63,806 nt of DNA, filler included, from Octopus bimaculoides (GCF_001194135.2; 8 parts of 8 records of this genome joined end to end with filler, not necessarily neighbours in it), one strand, 5' to 3'; shown: positions 1 to 13,340, numbered from the whole stretch's first letter. The notes: a model not told the origin generated them from the letters alone. A program made the numbers and translations.

Positions 1-245
1 GTGTGTATGTGTGTGTTTATGTGTGTGCGTGCGTATGTGTGCCAGGTATGTGTGTTATTGTGTGTGTGCACTCCTGTGTGTATGTGTGTGCATGTGTATG
101 CGGCTGTGTATGTAGGCGTGCGCGTATATATGGGTGTGTGTGTGTGTATATGTGCGTTCGGCTATGTGTGTGTGAGGGCGCGTATGTATGTTTGTCATGT
201 ATGTGGGCGGTATATATGTAAGGTGTGTGGGTATGTGTGCGTGTA
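1..245. repeat. Degenerate (TG)n/(TATG)n microsatellite
   Basis: Almost pure gt/at/gc dinucleotide alternation; explains the C/V/Y/M-rich ORFs in the track. Confidence 0.95.
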
Positions 246-317
246 GGTAGTGGTGAGATAAAAAGTGGAAAAAAGTAAGTGTAATATATATATTCTTTTA
301 TTCTTTTCTTTTTTCTT

Positions 318-441
318 TTATTCGCTTCAGTCATTTGACTGCGGTCATGCTGGAGCACCACGTTTTAGTCGAGCAAATCGACCCCAAGACTTATTCTTTG
401 TAAGCTTAGTACATATTCTATCGGTTTCTTTTTGCCGAACC
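318..441 (-). mobile_element. SINE family B, 3' fragment
   Basis: Reverse complement of the SINE-B 3' module seen at 13651-13792 and 51780-51860 (gatagaataagtac...ggggtcgatttgctcgact...ccagcatggccgcagtcaaatgactgaa). Confidence 0.85.
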
Positions 442-1021
442 AATCAGCCAATCAGCCTTTTGTCCAGTGCAGTAACGGTTCTGTCAGTTCACAGCCAGCT
501 TTATTTAAAAATAGAAAAGTTTGGAACAAACTCTTTAAAAATTTTATTAGTTAGAATTTTATTAATTAGGAAAAATAATCGACTTACGTCGTCTCCGAAA
601 TTTCTGGCCTTGTTTCAAATTTTGGAATTAATCAGGAAGAGGCACAGTCGGCTTAAAGAAAATTTGGACATGAACAAATGGTTAGATAAGTAAATAGTTA
701 AAAAGCGTGAAGGATAAAAATAACGTGAAATGTTATATAATGCTATATTGTTTTTTTTTTAATCGAGGTTATATGGGAAATAAAAATACCAAGATTGTAC
801 AAGTGGGTGTTTATAGAACGAATATAATAAATAGGTGTAAGAATGAAATGAATTAAATGGGATATATAAGGCATCGCTCTATGATCCTTTTCCAAAGATA
901 TCATGTCATATCTGTGACCCAAACTGTGAATTAAGGATAGTCTAAATCTTTTGGAATATAAGTATATATAGAGAAGGTAACAACAGCTACATATATTGTA
1001 GTGTAACTTCTCTCTCTCACT

Positions 1022-1036
1022 CTAATATATACATAT

Positions 1037-1132
<96 letters not shown>

Positions 1133-1140
1133 TCTAGTGT
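1022..1140. repeat. Compound (TA)/(CATA)/(CA)n microsatellite abutting N-gap 1141-1393
   Basis: Direct reading. Confidence 0.95.
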
Positions 1141-1650
1141 NNNNNNNNNNNNNNNNNNNNNNNNNNNNNNNNNNNNNNNNNNNNNNNNNNNNNNNNNNNN
1201 NNNNNNNNNNNNNNNNNNNNNNNNNNNNNNNNNNNNNNNNNNNNNNNNNNNNNNNNNNNNNNNNNNNNNNNNNNNNNNNNNNNNNNNNNNNNNNNNNNNN
1301 NNNNNNNNNNNNNNNNNNNNNNNNNNNNNNNNNNNNNNNNNNNNNNNNNNNNNNNNNNNNNNNNNNNNNNNNNNNNNNNNNNNNNNNNNNNNNAGAAAGC
1401 TTAAAGTCAAAGGGGCGGGTGATGGAAAAGAGGACAAATAAGGGTGGGGCAGCGTTTGTAAATATATTGTCCGAATTGTATAGAAATGAGGAAGGATAAA
1501 AAAGAAAAGGTGTGGGGTGATCGACTTGGTTGATTTTTGTATGTAAGGTCAAGGTGACTGTGTAGTATAGTGGCGACGAATATAAACAATGGTATTACTA
1601 AACTGGGGGTAGGGTGATACAAAATAAATGCAAATACTTGGAATTTTAGA

Positions 1651-1847
1651 GCGCAGGGCGAAATGCTTAGCGGTATTTCGTCTGTCTTTACGTTCTGAGT
1701 TCAAATTCCGCCGAGGTCGACTTTGACTTTCGTCCTTTCGGAGTCGATAAATTAAGTACCAGTTGCGTACTGGGGTCGATCTAATCGACTGGCCCCCCTC
1801 CCCAAAAATTTCGGGCCTTTGCCTAGAGTAGAAAAGAATTTAATTAT
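1651..1847 (+). mobile_element. SINE family A, 5'-truncated copy
   Basis: B-box-like gagttcaaattcc, body ggtcgactttg..tttc.tcctttcgg.gtcgataaattaagtaccagttg, gtcgatctaatcgac hairpin, 3' ggcctttgcctagagtagaaaagaatt; homologous to many other copies in the window. Confidence 0.92.
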
Positions 1848-2070
1848 ATAGCCTATTTTCTTTTTAAGTGCAACTTAGAAAGAATGACGAAGCCTTGACT
1901 AAAGAGAATATGTCTGCCTGTAGCATTTTTGATCTTATTCACCCTATAACCTACTTTCTGTCCAACAATGCAAGGGTGACACTGTCCACCTTTGCCGACA
2001 CAGATTTTCTGCATCCTTGTACATGCGGGCTAAACCTCAAAGTCTCTAGTATCTGCAGAAGTAGCTCAAA

Positions 2071-2321
2071 AATCGAAGAGCAATAACTTCCGGGTCATCT
2101 CTACTAAATGTCACCACTCTGTTCTATTCGTATGTCGAGCGAACGGATAAATATATGTGAATAATATTTCTTGCTTCTTGGTGTTGATTTTTCGATATTT
2201 ACTAGTTACTCCGACGCGAGAACCGAAAATAAAAAAAAAGCGTGTAATATGTAACAAAAATAGAAGAGAACAGAGTGGTGAGATTTAGTAGAGATAACTC
2301 GGAAGTTGTTTCTCTTCGATT
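2071..2321. mobile_element. MITE-like element with ~55-bp terminal inverted repeats
   Basis: 2071-2125 (aatcgaagagcaataacttccgggtcatctctactaaatgtcaccactctgttct) is the reverse complement of 2267-2321 at 50/55 positions; no clear TSD. Confidence 0.75.
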
Positions 2322-2575
2322 ACTCTAGCAAACAGCAGTTGCTTTCTTCAACTGAATACATGTCGTTGGTTGGTTAAAATTACCCAAATACGACAACTTT
2401 AACACGAAATAACTTCTAAGATACGAAATTTTGTCAAAAATGTTGAAAGTAAACCGTGTTGAGCGTGAGAAATTACACCAGTATACCAAGTTTCAAACTG
2501 TTTAGTTAAGAAAAACATAATTAAAAAATCTGTGAGTGAAACTGAACAGATCCCGAAAATAATTGATGTTAAATA

Positions 2576-2627
<52 letters not shown>

Positions 2628-2690
2628 TAACGGGTAGATTGACAGATAGATAGGTGGAAATAGATAGATAAATAAATAGAGACAGACAGC
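2576..2690. repeat. (GATA)n microsatellite
   Basis: Direct reading. Confidence 0.95.
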
Positions 2691-2753
2691 AGACACTTAC
2701 CTCAATTATCTTACACGCTCAATCGCCCAGCATCAACTTGTAATAAATAATAA

Positions 2754-2800
2754 TTATATTCTTATATTCTTATATTCTTATATTCTTACATTCTTATATA
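2754..2800. repeat. 8-mer tandem repeat (TATATTCT)n, ~5 copies
   Basis: tatattcttatattcttatattcttatattcttacattct. Confidence 0.85.
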
Positions 2801-3341
2801 ATACATCTATTTACAGCTATTTTTACTTCTCTAATAGAATGGTGATTAATCTTATCAGCTTTCCTCATTCATTTATCATTTATTCATTTAGAAATTTTCT
2901 CCTGTCATTCCTTTCTATATTTACGCATATTTCTATCTATGAACTCGTTAGTGTTTTATTATTCCGTCTTTATTTAGAATCCGCATCAACCAAAACAATC
3001 TATTTTCAACCGCCTCCCACATGTTCTCATAGGAATCACTCAGACATGTCCTGCATAATTTTAGCAAATTATCCACTAAATTATTATTATTATTATTATT
3101 ATTATTAACAATATAACTGGGTCCGGAACTCTCGTGGGAAAAAAATTTCGCATCCCACCAAGCATTTTGTTCGGTCTCTCAGCTCGCCACTTTATAACCT
3201 AGAGTAACTTGATGAACCAATCCACAAAAGAAAAAAAAACAGAAACGAAGTTCTCATGTTTTATACACATTTTTCTTCCTGTTTTTATGCTTAAACTTAC
3301 AAATCTCCATAACATCATTTTATCATGTAAAAAATACTAAT

Positions 3342-3870
3342 TATGTTTCTGATTTCGTTCCATAGTCAAGACTCAACATTTGAACGTTCTTCATTATGTT
3401 AATGGAGACGACATAATCAAAACAGTTAACGTAATGGAGAACGTTCGAGTGTGGAACGAAATATGTCGTCGATTTTGTCCCTTAGTTTAGATTCTTCAAA
3501 GTATATCACATGAAATATGCTACGGATATCAATTAAGTCTCTGATTTCTTTCTTGACAGCACAACACTCGAACGTCTCGATTGTGTATCCTGTTTGTTCC
3601 ATATCAAGGCTTTTCCATGCATAACAACCCAAGTATTTTACGACGCAAGAGATTTTGATTATGTCTCCGATTTCGTTCCACAGTTAACAGTCGAACTGGA
3701 TTAATTAAATCATGTCTCCGATTTTGTTCCGTAGTTAAAATAGCTTAAAGCGGAACAGTCGAACTAGTTTCTAATTATTATGTATGTCTCCGATTTCTTT
3801 ACTAAATCGTTTAAAGCGTGACACAGAATGTTAACGATTTCAATTCTGTCTTCGGATTTTATTCTGTACT
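3342..3870 (+). repeat. Dispersed ~25-bp direct repeats (atgtctccgatttcgttcc...gttaa), probably internal repeats of a decayed DNA element
   Basis: Copies near 3343, 3661, 3712, 3784 and a degenerate one near 3846. Confidence 0.55.
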
Positions 3871-4419
3871 TAAGATTGTTTAATGTGTAACTCGTATTCG
3901 CTTCGTCATGTTAAAGATATCGATCACATCTTCGATTTCGATTTTTTAAAACTGTTTCGTGTGAAAAAAGAGGTAGTACCCATGACCTTTACTATTGTAG
4001 GTCAATACCTCCGTGAAAGACACGAACTGGGAGAGGGTTCCGGGGAAAGCGGCATTTTGAGAAGGAAGGGTTGGCGTTAGTGGTTTGTATAAGGTTTGTA
4101 ATTCCTTATCTCTACTACGTATAGAAGCAGAAGTTTTACGTAAAATTAATTTTAACAATATCATCGAAGACTTTGCAATTAAGAAAAAAAAAACGAAAGA
4201 GAAAAATTTTCCAATATAACTAAAGTGGAATTATACAAAATAAACCTTATTTTCCATCTTACTGTTGTTAGTTTTGTTTCATTTTGAAAAATAAAAATTT
4301 ATTTTATGGTTTATTATTGTTTACATTTTAAATTATTTTCGTTTACATTTTGAACCATTTATATATCCTCGAGGGCACCAAAACCCTTTAAGTACTTAGG
4401 GCCCCTATGGGACTTAATC

Positions 4420-4459
4420 CGGTTAGAGCAGGACTAGCAGGCTAGTCCTGCTCTAACCG
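4420..4459. other. Perfect 19-bp-arm palindrome/hairpin
   Basis: cggttagagcaggactagc-ag-gctagtcctgctctaaccg; the arms are exact reverse complements. Confidence 0.95.
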
Positions 4460-5342
4460 CTCCTCGTATTTAGTAAGCTTCCACGCATGAAATTCCCTTC
4501 TGTGTTCCTCACAAGGCACAGTCATTTCCCTTATGATTACCAGTTTGGTGGAATTTGAGGTCATAATGTTTGGGCTGAGTGTTACTGGTAGGATTTGGTC
4601 TGGGAACCTTAACTATTCCGCAACATTAGTAGCAATTGTCACAGTAAAAATCTGCAAGAGCTACAGTTTTCTGACAATAAAAAACTGTAACCAGATTACA
4701 AGCGTTTTGGGAATGCAGTCTGTTAGGGGAACAGTAAAAATAAGCAAGATTTTTCTTAAGTTTAATATTTAACAATCATTGTGGTTGTAAACCAAATTCC
4801 AACTAATTCTTTTTTATGGCAAGAATACATATAATTGAAGATACACACACACACGCAAATATATGAAGAACATATGTATAATATTATAGTAAACAAAGAC
4901 AGTCACAGATTAACACACAAGCAAGCATATACACACACACACATCCATATCATGAATGCACAGATATATATGTATACATATATCTAAACGCACGCATGTA
5001 TTTCTAACATGAACTTAAAATGAGTGACAACAGCAGTAAAATTTGGGAAGTATTTTGTGTTTATAAAATGCACAGTTGGAATATTCTCAAAGAGGCCAAG
5101 GAATGAAGTTATGTTCGTCTGTTAACCCAAATACGGTAGAGAGAGAGAGAGAGAGAGAGAGGACGAGAATATGAAAGAGAAGGACGAAGAGAGAGAGAGA
5201 GGGGGGAGGAAACGGAGAGAAGCAGTAAAGTGAGAAAAGGATGAGAGAGAGAGGAACAGAGAGGGTGAGAGAGGTCAACATTTATAACCACTGAACAATT
5301 TCACATAACCGCTGTCACCTTTAATGAATAAATTATACGTAT

Positions 5343-5405
<63 letters not shown>

Positions 5406-5702
5406 CATATATGTATGTTTGTATATACAACCCACCCACACCCATACACACACACTGTATATGTGCGTGTGGGTATACATACATATTCAAACACATACAC
5501 ATCTATTGAGAGGAATGTTGAAATAACTAGCTTTAGTTTCAATATGTTCTTTGTTTACATGTTGCTGTTGTTGTACTTCCAGTTCCCTGTATGTAAAAGG
5601 TAATGGAACAACACTTTTTATAATAGTTCTCCACTTACTGTCATCATCATCATCATCATTTTATTTATTTTTTTTTTTTTTTTTTTTAATATTTATTATT
5701 TA

Positions 5703-5925
5703 GGTGGCGTGCTGGCAGGATCGTTAGCACACCAGGCAAAATGCTTTAAAATATTTCATCCGTCTTTGCGCCCTGAGTTCCAATCCCGCCGATGTCAGCT
5801 GTGCTTTTCATTATTTCGAGGGCGATAAAGCAAGTACCAGCTGAACACTGGAATTGGTGTAACCAACCTGCCCCTTCCTCTCCCCCGAAATTGCTGGCCT
5901 TGTGCCAAAATTTGAAATCATTATT
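5703..5925 (+). mobile_element. SINE family A, near full length
   Basis: Head ggtggcgtgctggcaggatcgttagcac (A-box-like), B-box-like gagttccaatccc, 3' ttgctggccttgtgccaaaatttgaaatcattatt. Confidence 0.9.
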
Positions 5926-6438
5926 GAGGATTTGACTCAGGTTACGTTGTTATTCCTGATAGAATTTATGTGGGGAGCNNNNNNNNNNNNNNNNNNNNNN
6001 NNNNNNNNNNNNNNNNNNNNNNNNNNNNNNNNNNNNNNNNNNNNNNNNNNNNNNNNNNNNNNNNNNNNNNNNNNNNNNNNNNNNNNNNNNNNNNNNNNNN
6101 NNNNNNNNNNNNNNNNNNNNNNNNNNNNNNNNNNNNNNNNNNNNNNNNNNNNNNNNNNNNNNNNNNNNNNNNNNNNNNNNNNNNNNNNNNNNNNNNNNNN
6201 NNNNNNNNNNNNNNNNNNNNNNNNNNNNNNNNNNNNNNNNNNNNNNNNNNNNNNNNNNNNNNNNNNNNNNNNNNNNNNNNNNNNNNNNNNNNNNNNNNNN
6301 NNNNNNNNNNNNNNNNNNNNNNNNNNNNNNNNNNNNNNNNNNNNNNNNNNNNNNNNNNNNNNNNNNNNNNNNNNNNNNNNNNNNNNNNNNNNNNNNNNNN
6401 NNNNNNNNNNNNNNNNNNNNNNNNNNNNNNNNNNNNNG

Positions 6439-6895
6439 AGAACAGTGCATGCCATCAAAATGACACTGGGGTAAAATATACGAAGCCCATTATACCCTTC
6501 ATGACTACCCGTCTGATAAGGGTGCACTAGGCACATGCATCACAAGCATGTGTATGTGACATGGTGATCTCATATCAAGATAAACAGTGCATGACCTTGC
6601 AGGTGGAGACCCAGTTAGAATTTTCTTCAGGTCGAGAAGTTCATCCCCCGCTCAAAAGGTCCTTGAATAAGGGTTGTTTAAGGATGTTGAATAAAACATC
6701 CATGTTTCCAAAGGTGAATTATTCAAATTCCAAAGAATTCCTCTCGACACATAGCTATGATGCCCCCCCCCACTACTTCTGCTCGTGATCAGAGATGCAC
6801 ATATCATCAGCCACCAAAGGGACATGCTCAACTGGTTAAAGTCAAACAACTGACAAGTAAATCTGTGGTATGAAGCAGAAAATTTGCTGTAGCCC
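6439..6895. mobile_element. Probable interspersed repeat (possibly a LINE UTR) joined to a (TTA)n tract
   Basis: Non-simple sequence between N-gap and (TTA)n. I recall it as an abundant octopus repeat, but there is only one copy here, so the window does not verify this. Confidence 0.35.
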
Positions 6896-7200
<305 letters not shown>

Positions 7201-8518
7201 GTAGTAGTAGTAGTAGTTGTAGTATTGTTGTTGTTATTGTTGTTGTTATGTATTTTTATTTCTTTAACCTCGTCTTACAATGTCTCGTATTCTTCGTTCT
7301 TTGTTTATTTAGACATTAGCGATTTGATCGTCACACGACGACGGTGTTTTTTTTTGAAGATATCTATACGGACAGCAACAACAACAACAGCAGCAGCAAT
7401 ACCAGCAGCAACAACAACAACAACAACAACAACAAGGCAGTTGTTAGTTCCAGAGGCCACATCATGTAACATTAGTGACGATCGTCATGAGATAGTTGTG
7501 TGTGAAAGACTGGAATGTTGGTTAAGAACGAACGGAGATGGTCGAGAGATAGGAGGAGGGGGATGGGGATGAGGATGAGGGGTGGGTTGTAAATGGATAG
7601 GTGGGAGTGGAAGGGGTGAGGGTGAGTTTGATGAAAACAAAGAGCTAATTTGTTTTTTAGTGACATAAACTCTTGTCCTACACCCCACTCACATACGGGC
7701 TCAGTGAGCTAGGGGTGTGCGGGTAGGGGCGTGCGAGCAGAGATAAGAGGGTGACGGGGGGTTTTCATCTTACACCCTACACCGAATTTTGGCATACACC
7801 CCCACAGAGACATCGACATACACACATACATGTACACACAATTTATATATACATATATTATATATATATATATATNNNNNNNNNNNNNNNNNNNNNNNNN
7901 NNNNNNNNNNNNNNNNNNNNNNNNNNNNNNNNNNNNNNNNNNNNNNNNNNNNNNNNNNNNNNNNNNNNNNNNNNNNNNNNNNNNNNNNNNNNNNNNNNNN
8001 NNNNNNNNNNNNNNNNNNNNNNNNNNNNNNNNNNNNNNNNNNNNNNNNNNNNNNNNNNNNNNNNNNNNNNNNNNNNNNNNNNNNNNNNNNNNNNNNNNNN
8101 NNNNNNNNNNNNNNNNNNNNNNNNNNNNNNNNNNNNNNNNNNNNNNNNNNNNNNNNNNNNNNNNNNNNNNNNNNNNNNNNNNNNNNNNNNNNNNATATAT
8201 ATATATATAATACAAAGAATATATATACATGTATACACACATATATGTACATACTTACATCTACATGTGTATATACATGCATATCAGGGTACAGGACGTT
8301 AGAACAATAAACCACAGACAACGGAACGAACACATAGGAAAACGGAAAGCCCCTTGGAATATCCCTTCATCAGCTGTCTCTATTCTATCTAGACGTTTCA
8401 TATATGCACGTACCTATATACAAACATAAACATATATATAGAAGCATACATACATATGTATGTATGTATGTGTATTACATTCATGCTCACAAGTACACAC
8501 ACACATATATCTAAATGC

Positions 8519-9105
<587 letters not shown>

Positions 9106-9288
9106 GGGTATATCTGTGTGTCTATGTATGTATTTGTGTGTTTTGGGGTTGACGCAAAGCCGCCTGTTAAAACAACACGAGTGAGCAGTGTAAGGGGTAA
9201 CTGAGGCAAAGAGTATAAAATATGGGATGATAACATTCTGTAGGAGACTTCACGTTATTATAAGGGTGGGAACATTTGCTGACTGTTG

Positions 9289-9321
<33 letters not shown>

Positions 9322-9418
9322 GGGGCCTTCTGGAACAGGGCGTGTCTGAGAATACTGCCCCTGCGAATCTCGCAGAAATAAGCGGACGATGAAGCTGGTT
9401 GGCTGGCTGCGTGGCTTG

Positions 9419-9422
9419 ATGG

Positions 9423-9455
<33 letters not shown>

Positions 9456-9494
9456 CGGATGGATGGATGGATGGATAGACGGATGGATGGATGG

Positions 9495-9530
<36 letters not shown>

Positions 9531-9535
9531 ATGGT
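9419..9535. repeat. (GGAT)n/(GGAC) microsatellite
   Basis: Direct reading. Confidence 0.95.
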
Positions 9536-9904
9536 TGTTATAATCCTGAAAATGTTATAAATTAGCTTTTATTTCAAACAATTTTCAGTCCCTCCTCCCC
9601 TGTTGCAGAGATTCTAGGCTATATCTGGTCCCCAAACATCTGAATATTAGCACCAACTTCATATTGTCTTGGTGTTTGTGCGTTATTTTATGCACTTTTG
9701 AGATTTTAAACATTTCTTTTTCTAATCAGTTGATCTATACGATGACATAGTTTCACAAGGTGTAAAATAGTGTTGCATCGCTGCATAGTTTTTAACCAGT
9801 TCAAGAAACTACAAACAAACTTCATTCCCAGTACTTGTACACGGAATATTTTATTGTGATACTTAAATAAAAATCAAGTCTAATTATATGCCCCTAAGTA
9901 AGGG

Positions 9905-10092
9905 AACCCCCTCTCCTTACTGAGGGTCTATAGCTCTTTTGTCTTAATAACGGTCAACCACACAATAATTTCCCTTTCTTTAACGGTCATTTTTCACAGG
10001 AATTTTCAATGGCTGGATAACTGAAGAGATGTTGGCGTGGGTTCTTACCCCGGCATCCGAAACTTGGAGTTTTATCATGGCTACCGAATAAG
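9905..10092 (+). mobile_element. Terminal fragment of the long-TIR/fold-back family at 59663-60894
   Basis: cttttgtcttaataacggtca...taatttccctttctttaacggtcatttt matches 60836-60894; the continuation (ataactgaagagatg...ccccggcatccgaaac...taccgaataa) matches the reverse complement of 59663-59745. Confidence 0.8.
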
Positions 10093-10106
10093 TGTCNNNN
10101 NNNNNN

Positions 10107-10142
<36 letters not shown>

Positions 10143-10145
<3 letters not shown>

Positions 10146-10260
10146 CGGGCTTCCTTGCAAAATTCACTCACAAGGCATTGGTCCGATAGGGGCTGTAGTA
10201 GTGGAACTGAACCCGAAACTCATGTGGTGACAGAGTGAGTTTCTTAATCCCACAACCATA
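10143..10260 (-). mobile_element. SINE family B, decayed 5' part
   Basis: gacgggcttc...cactcacaaggcattggtc...actgaacccgaaac...tgtgg; reverse complement of the SINE-B head. Confidence 0.75.
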
Positions 10261-10795
10261 AAGTGAAATATGAAAAAGAAGTCATTAAAAAAAAAGCACG
10301 ACAGAAACAGAGAAAGGGAAAGTGAAAGAAAAAGGGTGAAAGAGAAAAGGTGGAGAGGTAGGAAATGACAAGGATTAGAAATGAATGGGAAGAGAAAAAC
10401 AAAGAGATCGTGAAAATTGAAATACAGAGCAGAAAAGAACAGGATTTTCATTATATTATATAATGTATGGAATATGAATGACACATATTTTTCAAATATA
10501 GTAAATGCTAAAGTGAAAAATAACAACAAAAATAATGAATAAATGATGATGTAAACAGATAGAATTAAATGGAAGGTTTGGTGCAGACGATAAAATGATG
10601 TAAGCGATAAATGTAAAATGAGAGAAGCAGACGTCAATCAGATTGTGGCAGATAACGATGAATTTTAAAACTGTGTTGACTCATAAATATTAAGGCTTAT
10701 ATTCAAACACTTATACGTACATACATACATACATACATACATACATACATGCATACATACGTACATACATACATACATACATGCATACATACGTG

Positions 10796-10843
<48 letters not shown>

Positions 10844-10943
10844 NNNNNNNNNNNNNNNNNNNNNNNNNNNNNNNNNNNNNNNNNNNNTTAATTAATTAAN
10901 NNNNNNNNNNNNNNNNNNNNNNNNNNNNNNNNNNNNNNNNNNN
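10844..10943. other. Artificial contig-join spacer (44 N + TTAATTAATTAA + 44 N); also at 35030-35129, 42492-42591, 48363-48462, 56755-56854, 60915-61014, 62633-62732
   Basis: Identical 12-mer centred in 100-bp gaps seven times; not biological sequence. Confidence 0.97.
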
Positions 10944-10977
<34 letters not shown>

Positions 10978-11020
10978 GTTTGTGTGTGTTTGTGTGTATA
11001 TATATATATATATACACTCA

Positions 11021-11168
11021 CGATATTCTTATAGTTTCTGTCAGTTAAAATTAATCACAAGATGTTGGTCGGCCGCTGGCTATTGTATTCAGTGCCACTA
11101 TTAGGCACCTTGCCGCGCACTGAGATTGAACCTAAAGCTACGTCTTTGCAATGCTAATCTCTGAACCA
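11021..11168 (-). mobile_element. SINE family B, old decayed 5' part
   Basis: tcacaagatgttggtcggccg...ggcaccttgccgcgcactgagattgaacct resembles the reverse SINE-B head. Confidence 0.6.
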
Positions 11169-11945
11169 GCATTTTAACCAGCGAAATTTTTAACCAGCAA
11201 AACGACAGCTATGGCTGGTCCAGATATTTACAGCAGAGCGAACTCTGCTAAAGACATATAAGGGCCAACTTGCGTAGGTGTGTTAAACTGGATATATAGA
11301 ACCATGTTTTGGGTCTACAGGCATATTTACATTTTCCCATTAAAGTATGTAAGCAGAAGAATAAATACTGTACTACATGACAAAGCGCATTTTTTTTTTC
11401 TGACAAGAGGAAGTGAGGCTCTTATTAGACTTGAACTAAATAAACTATTAAATTTACCGGGTATTTTGAGAAAAGCCCACATCTGATCGAAATAAACACA
11501 CACGCGCGCGCACACGTATGTGTGTAAATATGCACATATTGTATGTGAACACAAACGCATACACGTACACACATTCGTACAAACACAGGCCTCCTACCGC
11601 CAAACGTCTAAATATTTGAGATTGAGTCATTTTCTCTTTGCGATGATTTTGTGTACACACTACTGTAGCTTATTACAAGATTTCAGCCTGGAAAGACAAA
11701 CTTGTCAGCAGTGTCATTCACACGTTCACCGCGTCGACATAGTCATGGTGATGTAAATGTCGTTGATGAGAATTGCGGAGGTGGTGGCTTATGTGTGTGT
11801 ATGTGTGTGAAGGGGAAGGGTAGAGGCGGTGTTTGGCGTTTCGATTGCGGTTGTGTTACTGTTTAACCGGAGGCCAGCCTTAACCGAGTAACCAAATTGA
11901 TGTGGGGTCAAATGTGCTCTGGTAGTGACCATTCTCTCATCTAAA

Positions 11946-12180
11946 CAATGGTTCTCAACTAGAGTCCATATGACCCTTTGGGTTGATTAAACATTTTGTT
12001 GTTAAAAATTTTGGGTAAATTCTAAAATACACAAAATATTTTAACTTCTTAATGCAATTTCTAAAACTATTGAGTTATAAAAATATAATAATTTTTTTAA
12101 GCATCGAAGGCTATGGGGTCCGCTAGAGTAAAATGGGGATCAAAAAGGGTCCACAGGTAAAAAATGGTTAGGAACCACTG
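11946..12180. mobile_element. hAT-type MITE, decayed
   Basis: Ends caatggttctcaac / ggttaggaaccactg (CAGTGGTT-type TIR); flanks atctaaac / atgtacac match 6/8 with central TA; internal ggggtcc motifs as in 61555-61828. Confidence 0.75.
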
Positions 12181-12304
12181 ATGTACACCGTGTATATATA
12201 TATANNNNNNNNNNNNNNNNNNNNNNNNNNNNNNNNNNNNNNNNNNNNNNNNNNNNNNNNNNNNNNNNNNNNNNNNNNNNNNNNNNNNNNNNNNNNNNNN
12301 NNNN

Positions 12305-13340
12305 AATAGAGAAAGAACCGATTTCTAACCTAGATCCAAGGTCCCTTCATTGGAATTTCAACATCAACAACAGGGTATTTTTGTATGTATGTATGTATGT
12401 ATGTATGTATGTATGTATGTGCAGATTTGTATGTTTTATGTATGTATTCTCATGCATATAGTTACATATCTAGACATGATCATATATATTTAAATGATAA
12501 ACTGGTAAGTTTTAAAGATTTTTACAGTTCTAGTGATGGATTGGATCTGTAGTCTTCGAATTAGCTTTCTCCTTTCTGGTTTTGAGAAGCCTAATTTCTC
12601 AAGATTGGTATTTAGGCAGTGTGTTACATATCCCAGGGCTCCAATAATTACAAGTATAAACCTTAACTTGTAACCTGGAAAGAGTAACTGACGATTACTC
12701 AATAGTTCAGCATAGGTGTTCTCTTTTTCACTGCTCTTTAGCTTTATGTTAACATCCACTGGGCAGCTAATTTCCACAACTGTGTACAGTTTCTCTTCTC
12801 TATCCCAAATCATTATACCAGGTCTATTGTGCTTACATTATACTGAGGTCTTCACTGGTACATTCCACCAGTATTCCTTTTCCTTATGAGTGGCTGTGGC
12901 TTCTACCATATTGTGGGTTTTTATTTATTTGTCTTCGGGATTATCTTTCCGACGGATTTCATTATAGTGTGTCCTAGCTACAACGTCATGTTTCATCGGT
13001 AGATAATACCGTGATGACATTTTCGGACGACTGTTTACGATATGGGTGATATTTTCAGTGTGAACTCCACAAAGACTGCATCAGTTGTCACATTTTACGG
13101 CTTCTCCCGCATCTCTATCCCTTTTGTACATCAGGTACTTGGTTGATATTCTTTGTTCTTGGAATGCAAACACATACCATTCAAAGTGGGAGGTATTAAT
13201 CCGGCTATTGGTCCATGATAGACTGCTTTGATGATAGATGTTACTATAAAAACATACACTTACTCGTCTATATCAATTCGGAAATGCTGTTTCTCTTATG
13301 CGATGTTCGATGTCGCCTGATCGAGCATGTATGGTTTTTT
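12305..13340 (-). mobile_element. R4/Dong-like RLE non-LTR retrotransposon, 5'-truncated 3' end (CCHC knuckle + restriction-like endonuclease + 3' UTR)
   Basis: One minus frame reads FAFQEQRISTKYL...CDN*CSLCGVHTENITHIVNSRPK...MKHDVVAR...WWNVPVKTSV*CKHNRPGIMIWDREEKLYTVVEISCP...IIGALGYV...; three in-frame stops; ORF 12490-12813. Confidence 0.9.

Noticed and set aside
1868-2086. 72-aa ORF and a possible minus-strand exon (cag...aaa|gtaggt)
   Set aside because: No recognisable protein similarity, weak acceptor, and no partner exons.
7707-7803. taggggtgtgcg...gcatacaccccca possible hAT mini-element
   Set aside because: TIR match is poor and there is no TSD.
10888-10899. Recurrent identical 12-mer separated by long spacers (superficially CRISPR-like or a conserved motif)
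   Set aside because: Always centred in 100-bp N gaps; assembly linker.
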